Source of the DNA: a virus
Lineage: Duplodnaviria; Heunggongvirae; Uroviricota; Caudoviricetes
Direction: 5' to 3' (one strand)
Virus record (IMG/VR): IMGVR_UViG_3300021255_001482
Location: 10,382 to 74,381 of that record
DNA: 64,000 nucleotides
Every line of letters starts with the position of its first letter. Positions within the stretch are counted from its first letter, which is position 1. Made by a program: the position numbers and the translations under genes. This document shows positions 9,590-18,831 of this stretch, piece after piece. The notes below the pieces were generated by a model that was given only the letters and a program-made list of their open reading frames with translations, did not search any database and was not told the DNA's origin.

Positions 9590-10530
9590 TGGCACAAAAT
9601 AATGTAAAAGCAACCTTGATTCTCCGTAATGACTCCGCCGAAATGTGGGCGTCTAAAAATCCAAAATTAGCACGCGGTGAAGTTGGTATTGAAATTGATA
9701 CCGGTTTAGTCAAAGTTGGCGATGGCGTTACTAATTTTAACGACCTAGATTATATAAATACTCATACTAATGTTGATGGCATATTAACCACTTTAGTTGA
9801 TGATAAAATCAGCGTAGCAGACTTTGGAAAGACTTATTGGTATTATAATGAAAACACTTTTGAAGAAATACAAGTAAATGAAACAGATTTAACAAAATGG
9901 CCTACTAGGGTAGAATTAGAAGTAAAAAATGGAACGGCTCGTTGGGTGCGACCAAAAGCAACATATGACCCAATGCAGGGTACTTTAGATGGTGTTTTAG
10001 TTACTCTTGTGCGTGATCCTCAAGCCAATAATGAAGCCTCTACAAAAAATTATGTAGATGTTACAGTAGCAAACGCTGTTGCTAGTGCTGACCATCTTAA
10101 ACGTCGTGTAGTCACTGAACTACCTACTACAAGTATTGAATCCAATACCATATATATGATAAAGGATACTACTGCTACTGGTGCAGATAAATATAAAGAA
10201 TATATTTCAATAGATGGCGTCCTGACTCAAATTGGTGATACATCAGTGGATTTAACTAACTACGTTCAGAAACCTTCTGTACAAGCTCCAGGTAACTTGG
10301 CAAGTATAGCGGCAGATGGTAGTTTGGTTGATAGTGGAGTCGCCGCAAGTGATGTGGGTAAATTAAATATTGCTACCTCCACAACGCTAGGTGGTGTATA
10401 TTCTAGTAATGCTGATAACAGTGTTTCAGTTGACTCTATCACTGGTATTATGTCACTTAATCGTGTTTCAACTACAAAATTATATGTTCCAAATGGTGAT
10501 GAATTTATTCTTAATGGCGGTACAGCATAA
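9589..10530 (+). CDS. Tail fibre protein with a HylP/hyaluronidase-phage-type N-terminal anchor motif.
   Basis: N-terminal LRNDSAEMWASKNPKLARGEVGIEIDTGLVKVGDGVTNFNDL has the conserved R.D....W......GE......K.GDG..W..L pattern. Three downstream ORFs share it. Confidence 0.6.
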   Translation: MAQNNVKATLILRNDSAEMWASKNPKLARGEVGIEIDTGLVKVGDGVTNFNDLDYINTHTNVDGILTTLVDDKISVADFGKTYWYYNENTFEEIQVNETDLTKWPTRVELEVKNGTARWVRPKATYDPMQGTLDGVLVTLVRDPQANNEASTKNYVDVTVANAVASADHLKRRVVTELPTTSIESNTIYMIKDTTATGADKYKEYISIDGVLTQIGDTSVDLTNYVQKPSVQAPGNLASIAADGSLVDSGVAASDVGKLNIATSTTLGGVYSSNADNSVSVDSITGIMSLNRVSTTKLYVPNGDEFILNGGTA

Positions 10531-10543
10531 GGAGGTGTAAGCA

Positions 10544-12166
10544 ATGCCTAGTAATACAATTCAAACTAGAATTCAATTAAAATATGATACTTTAACTCAT
10601 TGGATGTCTAGCACATTTGTTCCAATGAAGGGTGAAGTTTGTATTGCTGAAATACCTACTGGGGCTACCGCAAGTCCAGACGGCAATACATTATCAAATA
10701 ATCCACCAGCTATAGGTATTAAAATTGGTGATGGAGTTGCGGGACATACTTTTTCTGTTTTACCTTGGATTCAAGCAATAGCTGGCGATGTTTATAGTTG
10801 GGCAAAAGCCGCAACAAAACCTACTTATACAGCATCAGAAATTGAAAATATTGATTCATACATTGCTGGCCAAATTCAAGATACTGATACACAATATAGA
10901 ATCCAAGCAGGCACCGGAAACGATGCAGGTAAATATTTTTTACAATCTAAGGCAAAAGGAACTGATGACGATACTTTTACAACTATAAGTACAATTGATT
11001 TATCAAGTGTACAAGATGCTTTAGAGTTTGATGGTACATATAATGCTTCTACTAATAAAGTAGCTACTCAAAGTACTGTAATAGATGCTATTAGTGGATT
11101 AACTGATACTCTTACCGGGACTCCTGGAGCAGCAAAAACCATTACAGTTTTTGACGAAGTGGATGGTAAAATTACTGCCACCTTTAGTGATATTGCCATT
11201 GCAGAATCTCAGGTTACTAATTTAACTACAGATTTAGCCGCAAAAGCGCCAATCAATTCTCCGGATTTGACTGGTACTCCTACAGCTCCCACAGCCGCAG
11301 CTGGTACAAATACCACACAAATTGCTACCACAGCATTTGTTCATGATGCAGTTGCTGGTTTAAGTGGAGCAATGCATTATCAAGGTGAAGTTGAAGCTGA
11401 CCCAACACAGACGACTCCAACAGGAACTTATAATGCTGGTGATGTTGTTACTTATGGTAATTCAGAATATGTTTATGATGGCACCAGTTGGCGTGAATTA
11501 GGCGACGAAGGTTCTTATGCTTTAAAAACCACTACAGTAACTGGTACTGATGGATTAACTGGCGGTGGCGCAATTAGTTCTAATCAAACAATTAGTCACG
11601 CAGTTCCTTCTGGAGCTACAGCAAGCACTAAAGGCACAGCAGGTGGCCGCACATATATCCAAACAATTACTACTGATAAATTTGGTCATATTACTGATGT
11701 GGCTACTGCTACAGAAACAGTAACAGATACTACTTATACATTTGCTGAAGGCTCCGTAAATGGTGAATTTTCAGTCACACCAACCGGTGGTACTGCTTCT
11801 CAAGTAAAAGTACATGGATTAGATGCGGCAGCGTATAAAGATGTTAGTACCTCAATTCCTGCCTCTGGGACAGCTGATGATGCTAAATTACCAACGGTTG
11901 CTGCGGTCAAGGCTTATGCAAGTGGACTAGTAACTGATTTAGACTCTTCTCAATCTGCTACCGCCGCGAACGGTGATGTTTATAGTGTTTTAACTGGCAT
12001 CACTCAAACCAATGGTGAGCTTTCTAGTCATACAGAAGTTACTTTAGCAAAAATTGCTAAAACTGGTAGTATATATGATATTACCGAAGGTAGTAATACA
12101 ACAGCAACAGGAAGTCAAAAATATTTAATTTTAGATTGCGGTTCTGCTTCAATCTTGGTAGACTGA
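10544..12166 (+). CDS. Tail fibre protein (Thr/Ala-rich shaft) with the same N-terminal anchor motif.
   Basis: It has a GGAGGTGTAAGCA RBS. It begins IQTRIQLKYDTLTHWMSSTFVPMKGEV...IKIGDGV. Confidence 0.6.
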   Translation: MPSNTIQTRIQLKYDTLTHWMSSTFVPMKGEVCIAEIPTGATASPDGNTLSNNPPAIGIKIGDGVAGHTFSVLPWIQAIAGDVYSWAKAATKPTYTASEIENIDSYIAGQIQDTDTQYRIQAGTGNDAGKYFLQSKAKGTDDDTFTTISTIDLSSVQDALEFDGTYNASTNKVATQSTVIDAISGLTDTLTGTPGAAKTITVFDEVDGKITATFSDIAIAESQVTNLTTDLAAKAPINSPDLTGTPTAPTAAAGTNTTQIATTAFVHDAVAGLSGAMHYQGEVEADPTQTTPTGTYNAGDVVTYGNSEYVYDGTSWRELGDEGSYALKTTTVTGTDGLTGGGAISSNQTISHAVPSGATASTKGTAGGRTYIQTITTDKFGHITDVATATETVTDTTYTFAEGSVNGEFSVTPTGGTASQVKVHGLDAAAYKDVSTSIPASGTADDAKLPTVAAVKAYASGLVTDLDSSQSATAANGDVYSVLTGITQTNGELSSHTEVTLAKIAKTGSIYDITEGSNTTATGSQKYLILDCGSASILVD

Positions 12167-12186
12167 GAAAAAGGAGGGTTTTAACT

Positions 12187-12318
12187 ATGATGTTATTCAA
12201 TTTAGGTGTTGCTACAGAACATAATGACTATAATGAAGAAAACGAAGACCAAGTTTGGATTAAAATGGATAATGGTCGTTTAGTTTTAGTGGAGGATAGT
12301 AGCAATGAAAACAATTAA
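12187..12318 (+). CDS. Small acidic protein (43 aa).
   Basis: An AAAAAGGAGGG RBS precedes ATG 12187. The track ORF 12136 starts upstream inside the previous gene. Confidence 0.3.
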   Translation: MMLFNLGVATEHNDYNEENEDQVWIKMDNGRLVLVEDSSNENN

Positions 12319-13225
12319 AAATAAAGATAAAGGCGTTGAAGTAACGATACTTCAAGTTTATTTAGATATAGAAGCTGACGGTAAATTTGGTCCTAAAACC
12401 GCGGCCGCACTTAATAACTGGAAAGAAGGACTAGGTCTAGAGCCTAACGGAGAAATGACCGAAAATGATTGGTGCATCTTAGCTAAAACTCTCCCAACAA
12501 TTCGTCAAGGTGATAAAAACAAATATGTTAAGATGTGGCAATTATTTTTAGGTATAACCGATGATGGAGTCTTTGGTTCTAAGACTAAAGCTTCTACTCG
12601 TGCTTATCAAACTACGGCGGGAGTATTAATCGTAGATGGTGTTGTAGGCCCTTCTACTTGGATGACGGCTTTCTCAAATGAAAAAACTGTAGAGCAACCT
12701 ACTACTCCTAATAAGAAAAACGTCCAACCCAAGAATTTTAAACAATATGATAGCAAGTGGGGCTCTGTAGTATATACTAAAAATAATACTTATAATAAAA
12801 AGCAGACCATTCGTAATTCAGGATGCGGTCCTACAAGTATGGCAGATATAGTAGCGACTTGGTGGGATAGTACAGCTACTCCTAAAACTCTAGCTGCACT
12901 CGCAGTTTCCAAAGGCTATCGCACTACGAACAGTGGTACTGCTTGGGGTTTCTTTAAATGTTGTGCTAATAAATACGGCGCGAGCAAATTCGTACAAACT
13001 ACCTCTTTCGCTACTGCTGAAGCCGCAATTAAAGACGGCGCATATGTAGTATGTAGTATGAAGCCAGGTCTTTGGACTAAAGGTGGACACTTCATTTGTT
13101 GGTGGTGGGTTGACGACACATATGTATATGTAAACGACCCCGCTTCTGCGGCTGCTGCAAGAGCTAAGGCAAAGAAGAAATTAATGAAAGAACAATGCAA
13201 GCAATACTTTATTTTCTATAAATAA
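12305..13225 (+). CDS. Peptidoglycan-binding (2x PG_binding_1) plus C39-like/CHAP-like cysteine peptidase: a tail-associated lysin or second endolysin.
   Basis: Two ..DGKFGPKT.. repeats are present. The C-terminal domain has QYDSKWG...NSGCGPTSMADI...GGHFICWW, consistent with a Cys-His peptidase. Confidence 0.6.
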   Translation: MKTIKNKDKGVEVTILQVYLDIEADGKFGPKTAAALNNWKEGLGLEPNGEMTENDWCILAKTLPTIRQGDKNKYVKMWQLFLGITDDGVFGSKTKASTRAYQTTAGVLIVDGVVGPSTWMTAFSNEKTVEQPTTPNKKNVQPKNFKQYDSKWGSVVYTKNNTYNKKQTIRNSGCGPTSMADIVATWWDSTATPKTLAALAVSKGYRTTNSGTAWGFFKCCANKYGASKFVQTTSFATAEAAIKDGAYVVCSMKPGLWTKGGHFICWWWVDDTYVYVNDPASAAAARAKAKKKLMKEQCKQYFIFYK

Positions 13226-13250
13226 GGCGGGTATTTTACCCGCCTTTTTT
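13224..13250 (+). terminator. Rho-independent terminator.
   Basis: AAGGCGGGTATTTTACCCGCC followed by TTTTTTCTTTT. Confidence 0.6.
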
Positions 13251-13269
13251 CTTTTATGGAGGGAACGGT

Positions 13270-14112
13270 ATGAAAATAGCAGATGTGAGCGTTTATCAAG
13301 GGAATATAGATTGGGCTAAGGCGCGCAAAGAATTAGATATGGTAATTTTTCGTTCTAGCGTAGGTAATAGCAAAGACACAAAATATGTTTCTAATGCTAA
13401 AAATTGCGGGCTTCCTTTTGGAGTATATCATTATTTTAAAGCAGGAACGAAAGAGGAAGCAGAGGAAGAAACAAAATTTTTCTATGCGGCTGCAACGCAA
13501 GATGGGTTAGAACCTTTATTTTTCTGTCCAGACATAGAATATAAAACTCAAACATCTAAAACTACAAAAATAGTTTGTCAAACAATTTTAGAAACATTAA
13601 GATTTTTAGGAGCGAAAAAAGTTGGCATATATATAAGCCAAAGCCGCTACCCTTATATAAGAGATATAAAAGATTCTTTTGATTTTATTTGGATACCACG
13701 TTATGGCAAAAATATCGGATTAACCGATGAAAATTATATGCCAAAATTTCCTTGTGATATTTGGCAATATACAAGTGTAGGCCGTGTAGATGGTATTTCT
13801 GGCAATGTGGATTTAAATAAATTATGTGGAAGTAAAGATTTAGAATGGTTTATAACAGACCAACTTCGTCTTGAGCCTCCTCTTAAAAGGAGTTTCTTTT
13901 TCTTACAGTGGACTACGGTAAGAAAGGGTGATAATAATGGAGCTGTTCAAGAATTACAACAAGCATTAAATGAATTAGGTTATGATTGCGGCCGCAAGGA
14001 TGGAATTTTTGATGCCGCGACAGAACAAGCGTTGAAGGAATATCAAAAGCAAAATGGATTAATTGCTGATGGTATTTGTGGAAAGAAGACGCTTACAAAA
14101 TTAATTGGCTGA
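13270..14112 (+). CDS. GH25 muramidase endolysin with a C-terminal PG_binding_1 domain.
   Basis: N-terminal IADVSVYQGNIDWAKAR...GVYHYF is a Glyco_hydro_25 signature. C-terminal GYDCGRKDGIFDAATEQALKEYQKQNGL is a PG-binding repeat. A terminator lies upstream at 13224-13250. Confidence 0.75.
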   Translation: MKIADVSVYQGNIDWAKARKELDMVIFRSSVGNSKDTKYVSNAKNCGLPFGVYHYFKAGTKEEAEEETKFFYAAATQDGLEPLFFCPDIEYKTQTSKTTKIVCQTILETLRFLGAKKVGIYISQSRYPYIRDIKDSFDFIWIPRYGKNIGLTDENYMPKFPCDIWQYTSVGRVDGISGNVDLNKLCGSKDLEWFITDQLRLEPPLKRSFFFLQWTTVRKGDNNGAVQELQQALNELGYDCGRKDGIFDAATEQALKEYQKQNGLIADGICGKKTLTKLIG

Positions 14113-14135
14113 AATGATGCCAAGGAAGTGATTTT

Positions 14136-14414
14136 ATGGCTGGAAATACCATAAAAACGAGAATTCAGTTGAAAAATGATACTGAAGCACATTGGGACTT
14201 AGCAACCAACTTTGTTCCACGCGAGGGTGAGGTCATCATATATTCAGCTGATGATACTCACCCTTTTTCTCGTTTAAAGGTAGGTGACGGTGAAACTAAT
14301 GTTATAAATTTACCCTTTATTGATAGCGGAACAGTTAATAATAAAACAGTATTATCTAATGTGCCTGAAAATGCTATTTTCACTGATACAAAAGTTGAGG
14401 TGATTCGTTTATGA
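14136..14414 (+). CDS. Small fibre-anchor protein carrying the HylP-like N-terminal motif only.
   Basis: It begins IKTRIQLKNDTEAHWDLATNFVPREGEV...LKVGDGETNV. Its 3' end shows ATGA coupling to the LRR gene. Confidence 0.5.
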   Translation: MAGNTIKTRIQLKNDTEAHWDLATNFVPREGEVIIYSADDTHPFSRLKVGDGETNVINLPFIDSGTVNNKTVLSNVPENAIFTDTKVEVIRL

Positions 14415-16645
14415 GCGTTTATTTAGGAAGAAATAAAGTTGGAGTAAGTTATAAAAAAACATCTGGAAATGAAATTGATAGCGAAACTTTAAATAATTTG
14501 AATGATGCTGTCAATTATAGAATTGGAGAATTTGATACAAAAGATATTCCGCAAATGATAACAGCACTGAAAAAAAATTATTTTCAAGCGCGCGAATATG
14601 ATATGTTTACTTCTTTTGATAATAATCATTGGGTACGTCCTCAAGAGTGGCCAGACTTGGATAGCCTTAATCTACAAATGGAAGGCAATGACTTTATTTA
14701 TATGACTTATGATAATACACGTGGACGCGCAGCTGTCGCGTGGCATATTGAAAAAACTAGTAATGGCGCAGATATAAACGTAGAAATTGGCCATGTAATT
14801 AATGGAGTTTATACTCCTTATGATACTATTAGTGATTCTAGTAATAATTATGTACGATGGTTGGACAATACTATTGATGGTGATTATCCAGTAATTCGTA
14901 TTACTGGTGATATTTATAGATGTTATAGTTATAATGTAACGCAAGATGGTGCTACACAACATTATAGACGTCAGCCAGTAATTGAAAGGATAGCTTATGT
15001 ACCACATTTACAAAGTTTTTGTCTTGGTTATTCAACTAATGCTTGGGGACTTTTTACTTTACAACGTGAAAAAATTGCTAATGGAGATGGGACAGCATTA
15101 ACAAGTCTATATTATGCTTGGGCTTATTGTCGTGAATTACAAGATTTTGACATTAGCGGATTAAAAACACCAAATGTTACTACCATGGACTCAGCTTTTA
15201 GACAACTATTAAAAATTAGAACTTTAGACTTACATCATTTAACAGTAAATAAAGTTACTAATTTTAGTTATGCGTTTGAGGGAAATAAAGCCTTAGCTGA
15301 ATTAAATTTAGAAGGATGGAAGACAAATGCTGGGGTAAATTTTTCATCTATGTTTGCTAGTTGTTTTTCTTTAACTGAAATTAAAGGAATAGAAAATTTT
15401 AATACTAGTCAAGCTACAAATTTTTCTAGTTTTTTTAATGGATGTCATTCAATACTAAGTCTTGATTTAAGTTCTTGGGACACAGAAAAAGTAACAAATT
15501 TATCAAGCTGTTTTAGTAACTGCCAATCTATTATAGAATTGAATTTATCAACTTGGAATGTAAATAAAGTTACCAGTCTTAATTCAACTTTTTCTTATTG
15601 CTATTGTTTAAAACAACTAAACACGGATGGTTGGCAAATTGGTGCATTAACAACTATTGTTTCAATGTACGCTTATTGTTGGTCATTAGAAAAAATTAAT
15701 ACAAGTTGGTTAGAAATTACAAATAAGTGTACAAACATATATAATGCTTTTTTTCAATGTTATTCTTTAAAAGAATTAAATCTACCAGATTGGGATGTAA
15801 GTGGTTTAAGCAGCACCAGTAATACAGCTAACAGTGTATTTAGTAACTGTTGGTCTTTAGAAAAAATAACGGGTATTAAAGATTGGCAATTTCATTTAAC
15901 TAATAGTATAGCCAGTATTTTTAATAACTGTTATTGTTTAAAAGAATTAGACGTAAGTGGATGGAGAGTGAATACTGTCACTTCATTAGTGAGTTGTTTT
16001 ACTAACTGCATATCTTTAAAAAATTTAGATTTAAGTAATTGGCAACCCGAGAAATGCACTTCATTTGCTTCCATGTTTTCTGGTTGTCATAGTCTAGTAA
16101 GTGTTGGAGATATAGGTGATTGGGATATAAGTAATGCTACTACACTTGATTCAATGTTTAAATCTTGTTATTCATTAGAAGAGCTTCCTAATGTTCAAAA
16201 CTGGAATTATTCTAAAGTCACTAATATGAATAATATCTTTTATGAATGTACTTCTTTAAAACAGGTTATATGGAGAAATATTTCTTTGCCAGTTTGTACT
16301 ACGATGAATACTATATTAAGATACAATTACAATTTACAATATGTTGATTTAAGTGGTTGGTCTATACCTTCTGTTACTAATCAAACTAGTGCCAATGCTT
16401 ATTCTCATCTAGGAGATTGCTCGACTTTACAAGATGTTATAGGGTTTCCAATACCACCGAACTATACTCACATAGGTTTTGCAAACTGTGAAAATCTTTC
16501 ACATCAATCACTATTAAATATATTAAACAGTTTGCCTCAAGTTTCTTCTACACATACTGTTCATATAACAGCTATCGTAGCTAATACATTAACCACTACA
16601 GAAAAAGCAATCGCGACAAATAAAGGGTGGACCATTGCCGCATAA
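14411..16645 (+). CDS. BspA-like leucine-rich-repeat (LRR_5) receptor-binding/adhesin protein.
   Basis: It has more than 15 tandem ~22-aa repeats of the form ..L..L.L..W.T..VT....F..C.SL. Confidence 0.65.
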   Translation: MSVYLGRNKVGVSYKKTSGNEIDSETLNNLNDAVNYRIGEFDTKDIPQMITALKKNYFQAREYDMFTSFDNNHWVRPQEWPDLDSLNLQMEGNDFIYMTYDNTRGRAAVAWHIEKTSNGADINVEIGHVINGVYTPYDTISDSSNNYVRWLDNTIDGDYPVIRITGDIYRCYSYNVTQDGATQHYRRQPVIERIAYVPHLQSFCLGYSTNAWGLFTLQREKIANGDGTALTSLYYAWAYCRELQDFDISGLKTPNVTTMDSAFRQLLKIRTLDLHHLTVNKVTNFSYAFEGNKALAELNLEGWKTNAGVNFSSMFASCFSLTEIKGIENFNTSQATNFSSFFNGCHSILSLDLSSWDTEKVTNLSSCFSNCQSIIELNLSTWNVNKVTSLNSTFSYCYCLKQLNTDGWQIGALTTIVSMYAYCWSLEKINTSWLEITNKCTNIYNAFFQCYSLKELNLPDWDVSGLSSTSNTANSVFSNCWSLEKITGIKDWQFHLTNSIASIFNNCYCLKELDVSGWRVNTVTSLVSCFTNCISLKNLDLSNWQPEKCTSFASMFSGCHSLVSVGDIGDWDISNATTLDSMFKSCYSLEELPNVQNWNYSKVTNMNNIFYECTSLKQVIWRNISLPVCTTMNTILRYNYNLQYVDLSGWSIPSVTNQTSANAYSHLGDCSTLQDVIGFPIPPNYTHIGFANCENLSHQSLLNILNSLPQVSSTHTVHITAIVANTLTTTEKAIATNKGWTIAA

Positions 16646-16835
16646 GGAGAAAGTTATGATAATTAATAATAATGAAATAATCGCAGAAGATGGTTATATT
16701 TTAACAAATGGAGAATATTATACTTCATATGCTGTCCTTGGTATTTATGATGCACTCTCTAACTGGCGAGAAATTCCACTAGAGGAGGTGCCGCAAGATG
16801 AGCAATTATCTACAGAAAATAGTTTACCTTACTGA
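16635..16835 (+). CDS. Small hypothetical protein.
   Basis: It has an AAGGAGAAAG RBS. Confidence 0.35.
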   Translation: MPHKEKVMIINNNEIIAEDGYILTNGEYYTSYAVLGIYDALSNWREIPLEEVPQDEQLSTENSLPY

Positions 16836-17244
16836 AGAACAGGCGCAAACACTTTTCAACACCGGTACAGTAACATCTAATGGCATTACAGTAAATTATA
16901 ATGATAATGATTTATATGTTACATCGGATGACATATCAATAAAGGCTGACACAACTACAAATTGGAATGAACGAACCACCTTTGTTCCAAATAAAGGTGA
17001 TATTATTATATATTTAGATAAAAGAACCGTTAATGGGACAATCATTCCTGGTATAAAAGTAGGCGATGGTTTAACATATGGAATTGATTTACCTTTTGTT
17101 GGAGATGAAATCGCCGCAGATTTATTATCACATATAAATAATACTACAGTTCACATTACCGCGGCAGAACGCACAAAATGGGACGGTAAGTTAAATTGCA
17201 ATGACAATATAGTAAATGAAACCCTTGTCCTAACCCGTAATTAA
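16798..17244 (+). CDS. Fibre-anchor protein with a HylP-like motif.
   Basis: It has a GAGGAGGTG RBS. It contains TTNWNERTTFVPNKGDIIIY...IKVGDGLTYGIDLPFV. Confidence 0.5.
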   Translation: MSNYLQKIVYLTEEQAQTLFNTGTVTSNGITVNYNDNDLYVTSDDISIKADTTTNWNERTTFVPNKGDIIIYLDKRTVNGTIIPGIKVGDGLTYGIDLPFVGDEIAADLLSHINNTTVHITAAERTKWDGKLNCNDNIVNETLVLTRN

Positions 17245-17256
17245 GGAGGAAAAAAT

Positions 17257-18783
17257 ATGGCAGATATTAGTAAAATTACGTTACCTTCGGGTACTACGTA
17301 TAATATAAAAGATGAAGTCGCAAGAAATTTTATAAATGGCGGTTCTTTTATTGTTGCTTGGAATGGAACCGGTACAGCCACTGCAGCAAATATTCCAGCT
17401 GGCGTAGTAGCTGGTTCTGTAACAGGAACTTTAGCAGCAAAAGATGCAACTCCAGGAGCTTTTTATTTAGTAAAATCTTCAACTACTCCTTCAGAACAAA
17501 GTTTAGATGTATATGATGAATATGTAGTAATAAAACCAAACATAGATGATGACACAACTTGGTTTTGGGAAAAAATTGGAGATACGAGATTAAATTTAGC
17601 CAATATTTTAACTAATGTAGCTATTGACAAGAAAACTGACACTGTTATTGGTACAGATGCAACTTTTACTATCACTCAACCAACTATTTCTTTGGCAACA
17701 GGAGCAACAGCAGGAACTGGAGTTATTAGTGTTGCAACTGGTATTACAAGTGCGTCAGCTAGTGGCGATAATGTATCTGCAATGACTGGTCTTGGTGAAC
17801 CATCTACTTCAACAGTTTTGACAGGAGTTAAAGTTACTACTCAGCCAACCATTTCTCTTTCAGCCGCAGATAGTACTGCAACAGGAAAAGTTGGTGTATT
17901 GACTAATGCAACTGCAACCAAGACTAATGTAAAAGCAACTGCAAGCGGTGCAAATACCGCTTGGAATTCTAAAGATGCTAAAAGTGCTGTGACTGGAATT
18001 ACTAGTCCTAAATTTGAAACAGTATTAAAAACTGTTTCTCCAACTAGTAAAAAATTATCTACAACTAGTATTACTGGATGTAATGGTACTGTTACTGCGT
18101 CAAAAGCAACCGCTGCTACAAGTCAAACAACAGTAAGTGGAGCAGCTAATTCTACTTCTAATGAAGATTTTCTTGCTAATGTTAGTGTAAGTAATGAAAC
18201 TTTAGTTATTGGAGCAAAAAAATTAAATACGCAAACTACTACTCAATTTACTTTTTCAGATGTAACTGCAGCCAAAAAGGCTGATTCCGCAACTACTGTA
18301 GCAACTGGTTCTACTGTTGCCACATCTACTACAACAAATGTTGGAGCAACAATTGTTGAATCTGTTGCAAGTGGAACTACTGTTTCTGCTTTAAGTGGTA
18401 CTGGAAATCCCGCCGCAAGTAGTGTTATAGGAGCAAATTCAACATTCACTGTCACTCAACCAACTGTAGTTCTTGCTACTGGAGCAGACGATGAAGAATC
18501 TGGTATTATTTCCGTAGCAACAGATATTAGTAAAACAACTAAATATATTGGCGGTTCCGCTTCTGGAACTGCTGTAGGAGCTAATGGCACCGCTACAGTA
18601 GTTACTGGTTATCCAGATATTGTTACAGATGAAGTACTCGGTACTGGTAGCACAATTACAGTTACTCCTACAACAACCAATATTAAGGCTACCGCTTCTG
18701 GAGCAAATACTAAATGGAATAATAAAGATAGTGTTACTGTATTAACAAATTCTACTGGATTAACACTAACTCATGGTCAATAA
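17257..18783 (+). CDS. Repetitive Thr/Ser/Ala-rich tail fibre protein.
   Basis: It has a TAAGGAGGAAAAAAT RBS. Internal repeats TFTITQPTISLATGATAGTGVISVATGI and TFTVTQPTVVLATGA recur. Confidence 0.55.
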   Translation: MADISKITLPSGTTYNIKDEVARNFINGGSFIVAWNGTGTATAANIPAGVVAGSVTGTLAAKDATPGAFYLVKSSTTPSEQSLDVYDEYVVIKPNIDDDTTWFWEKIGDTRLNLANILTNVAIDKKTDTVIGTDATFTITQPTISLATGATAGTGVISVATGITSASASGDNVSAMTGLGEPSTSTVLTGVKVTTQPTISLSAADSTATGKVGVLTNATATKTNVKATASGANTAWNSKDAKSAVTGITSPKFETVLKTVSPTSKKLSTTSITGCNGTVTASKATAATSQTTVSGAANSTSNEDFLANVSVSNETLVIGAKKLNTQTTTQFTFSDVTAAKKADSATTVATGSTVATSTTTNVGATIVESVASGTTVSALSGTGNPAASSVIGANSTFTVTQPTVVLATGADDEESGIISVATDISKTTKYIGGSASGTAVGANGTATVVTGYPDIVTDEVLGTGSTITVTPTTTNIKATASGANTKWNNKDSVTVLTNSTGLTLTHGQ

Positions 18784-18831
18784 AAAGTGAATGGTATAAA
18801 TACCATTTACTTTTATTGAAGGGGTGATAAA

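Noticed and set aside
14136-16645. Programmed -1 frameshift fusing the 92-aa anchor ORF to the BspA-LRR ORF. The same idea applied to 6014/6360.
   Set aside because: The overlap is a plain ATGA stop/start junction with no X_XXY_YYZ slippery heptamer. Translational coupling is the simpler explanation.
16798-18783. Stop-codon readthrough joining 16798..17244 and 17257..18783 (same frame, single TAA).
   Set aside because: A very strong RBS (TAAGGAGGAAAAAAT) precedes ATG 17257, so independent initiation is expected. Readthrough is possible but unsupported.
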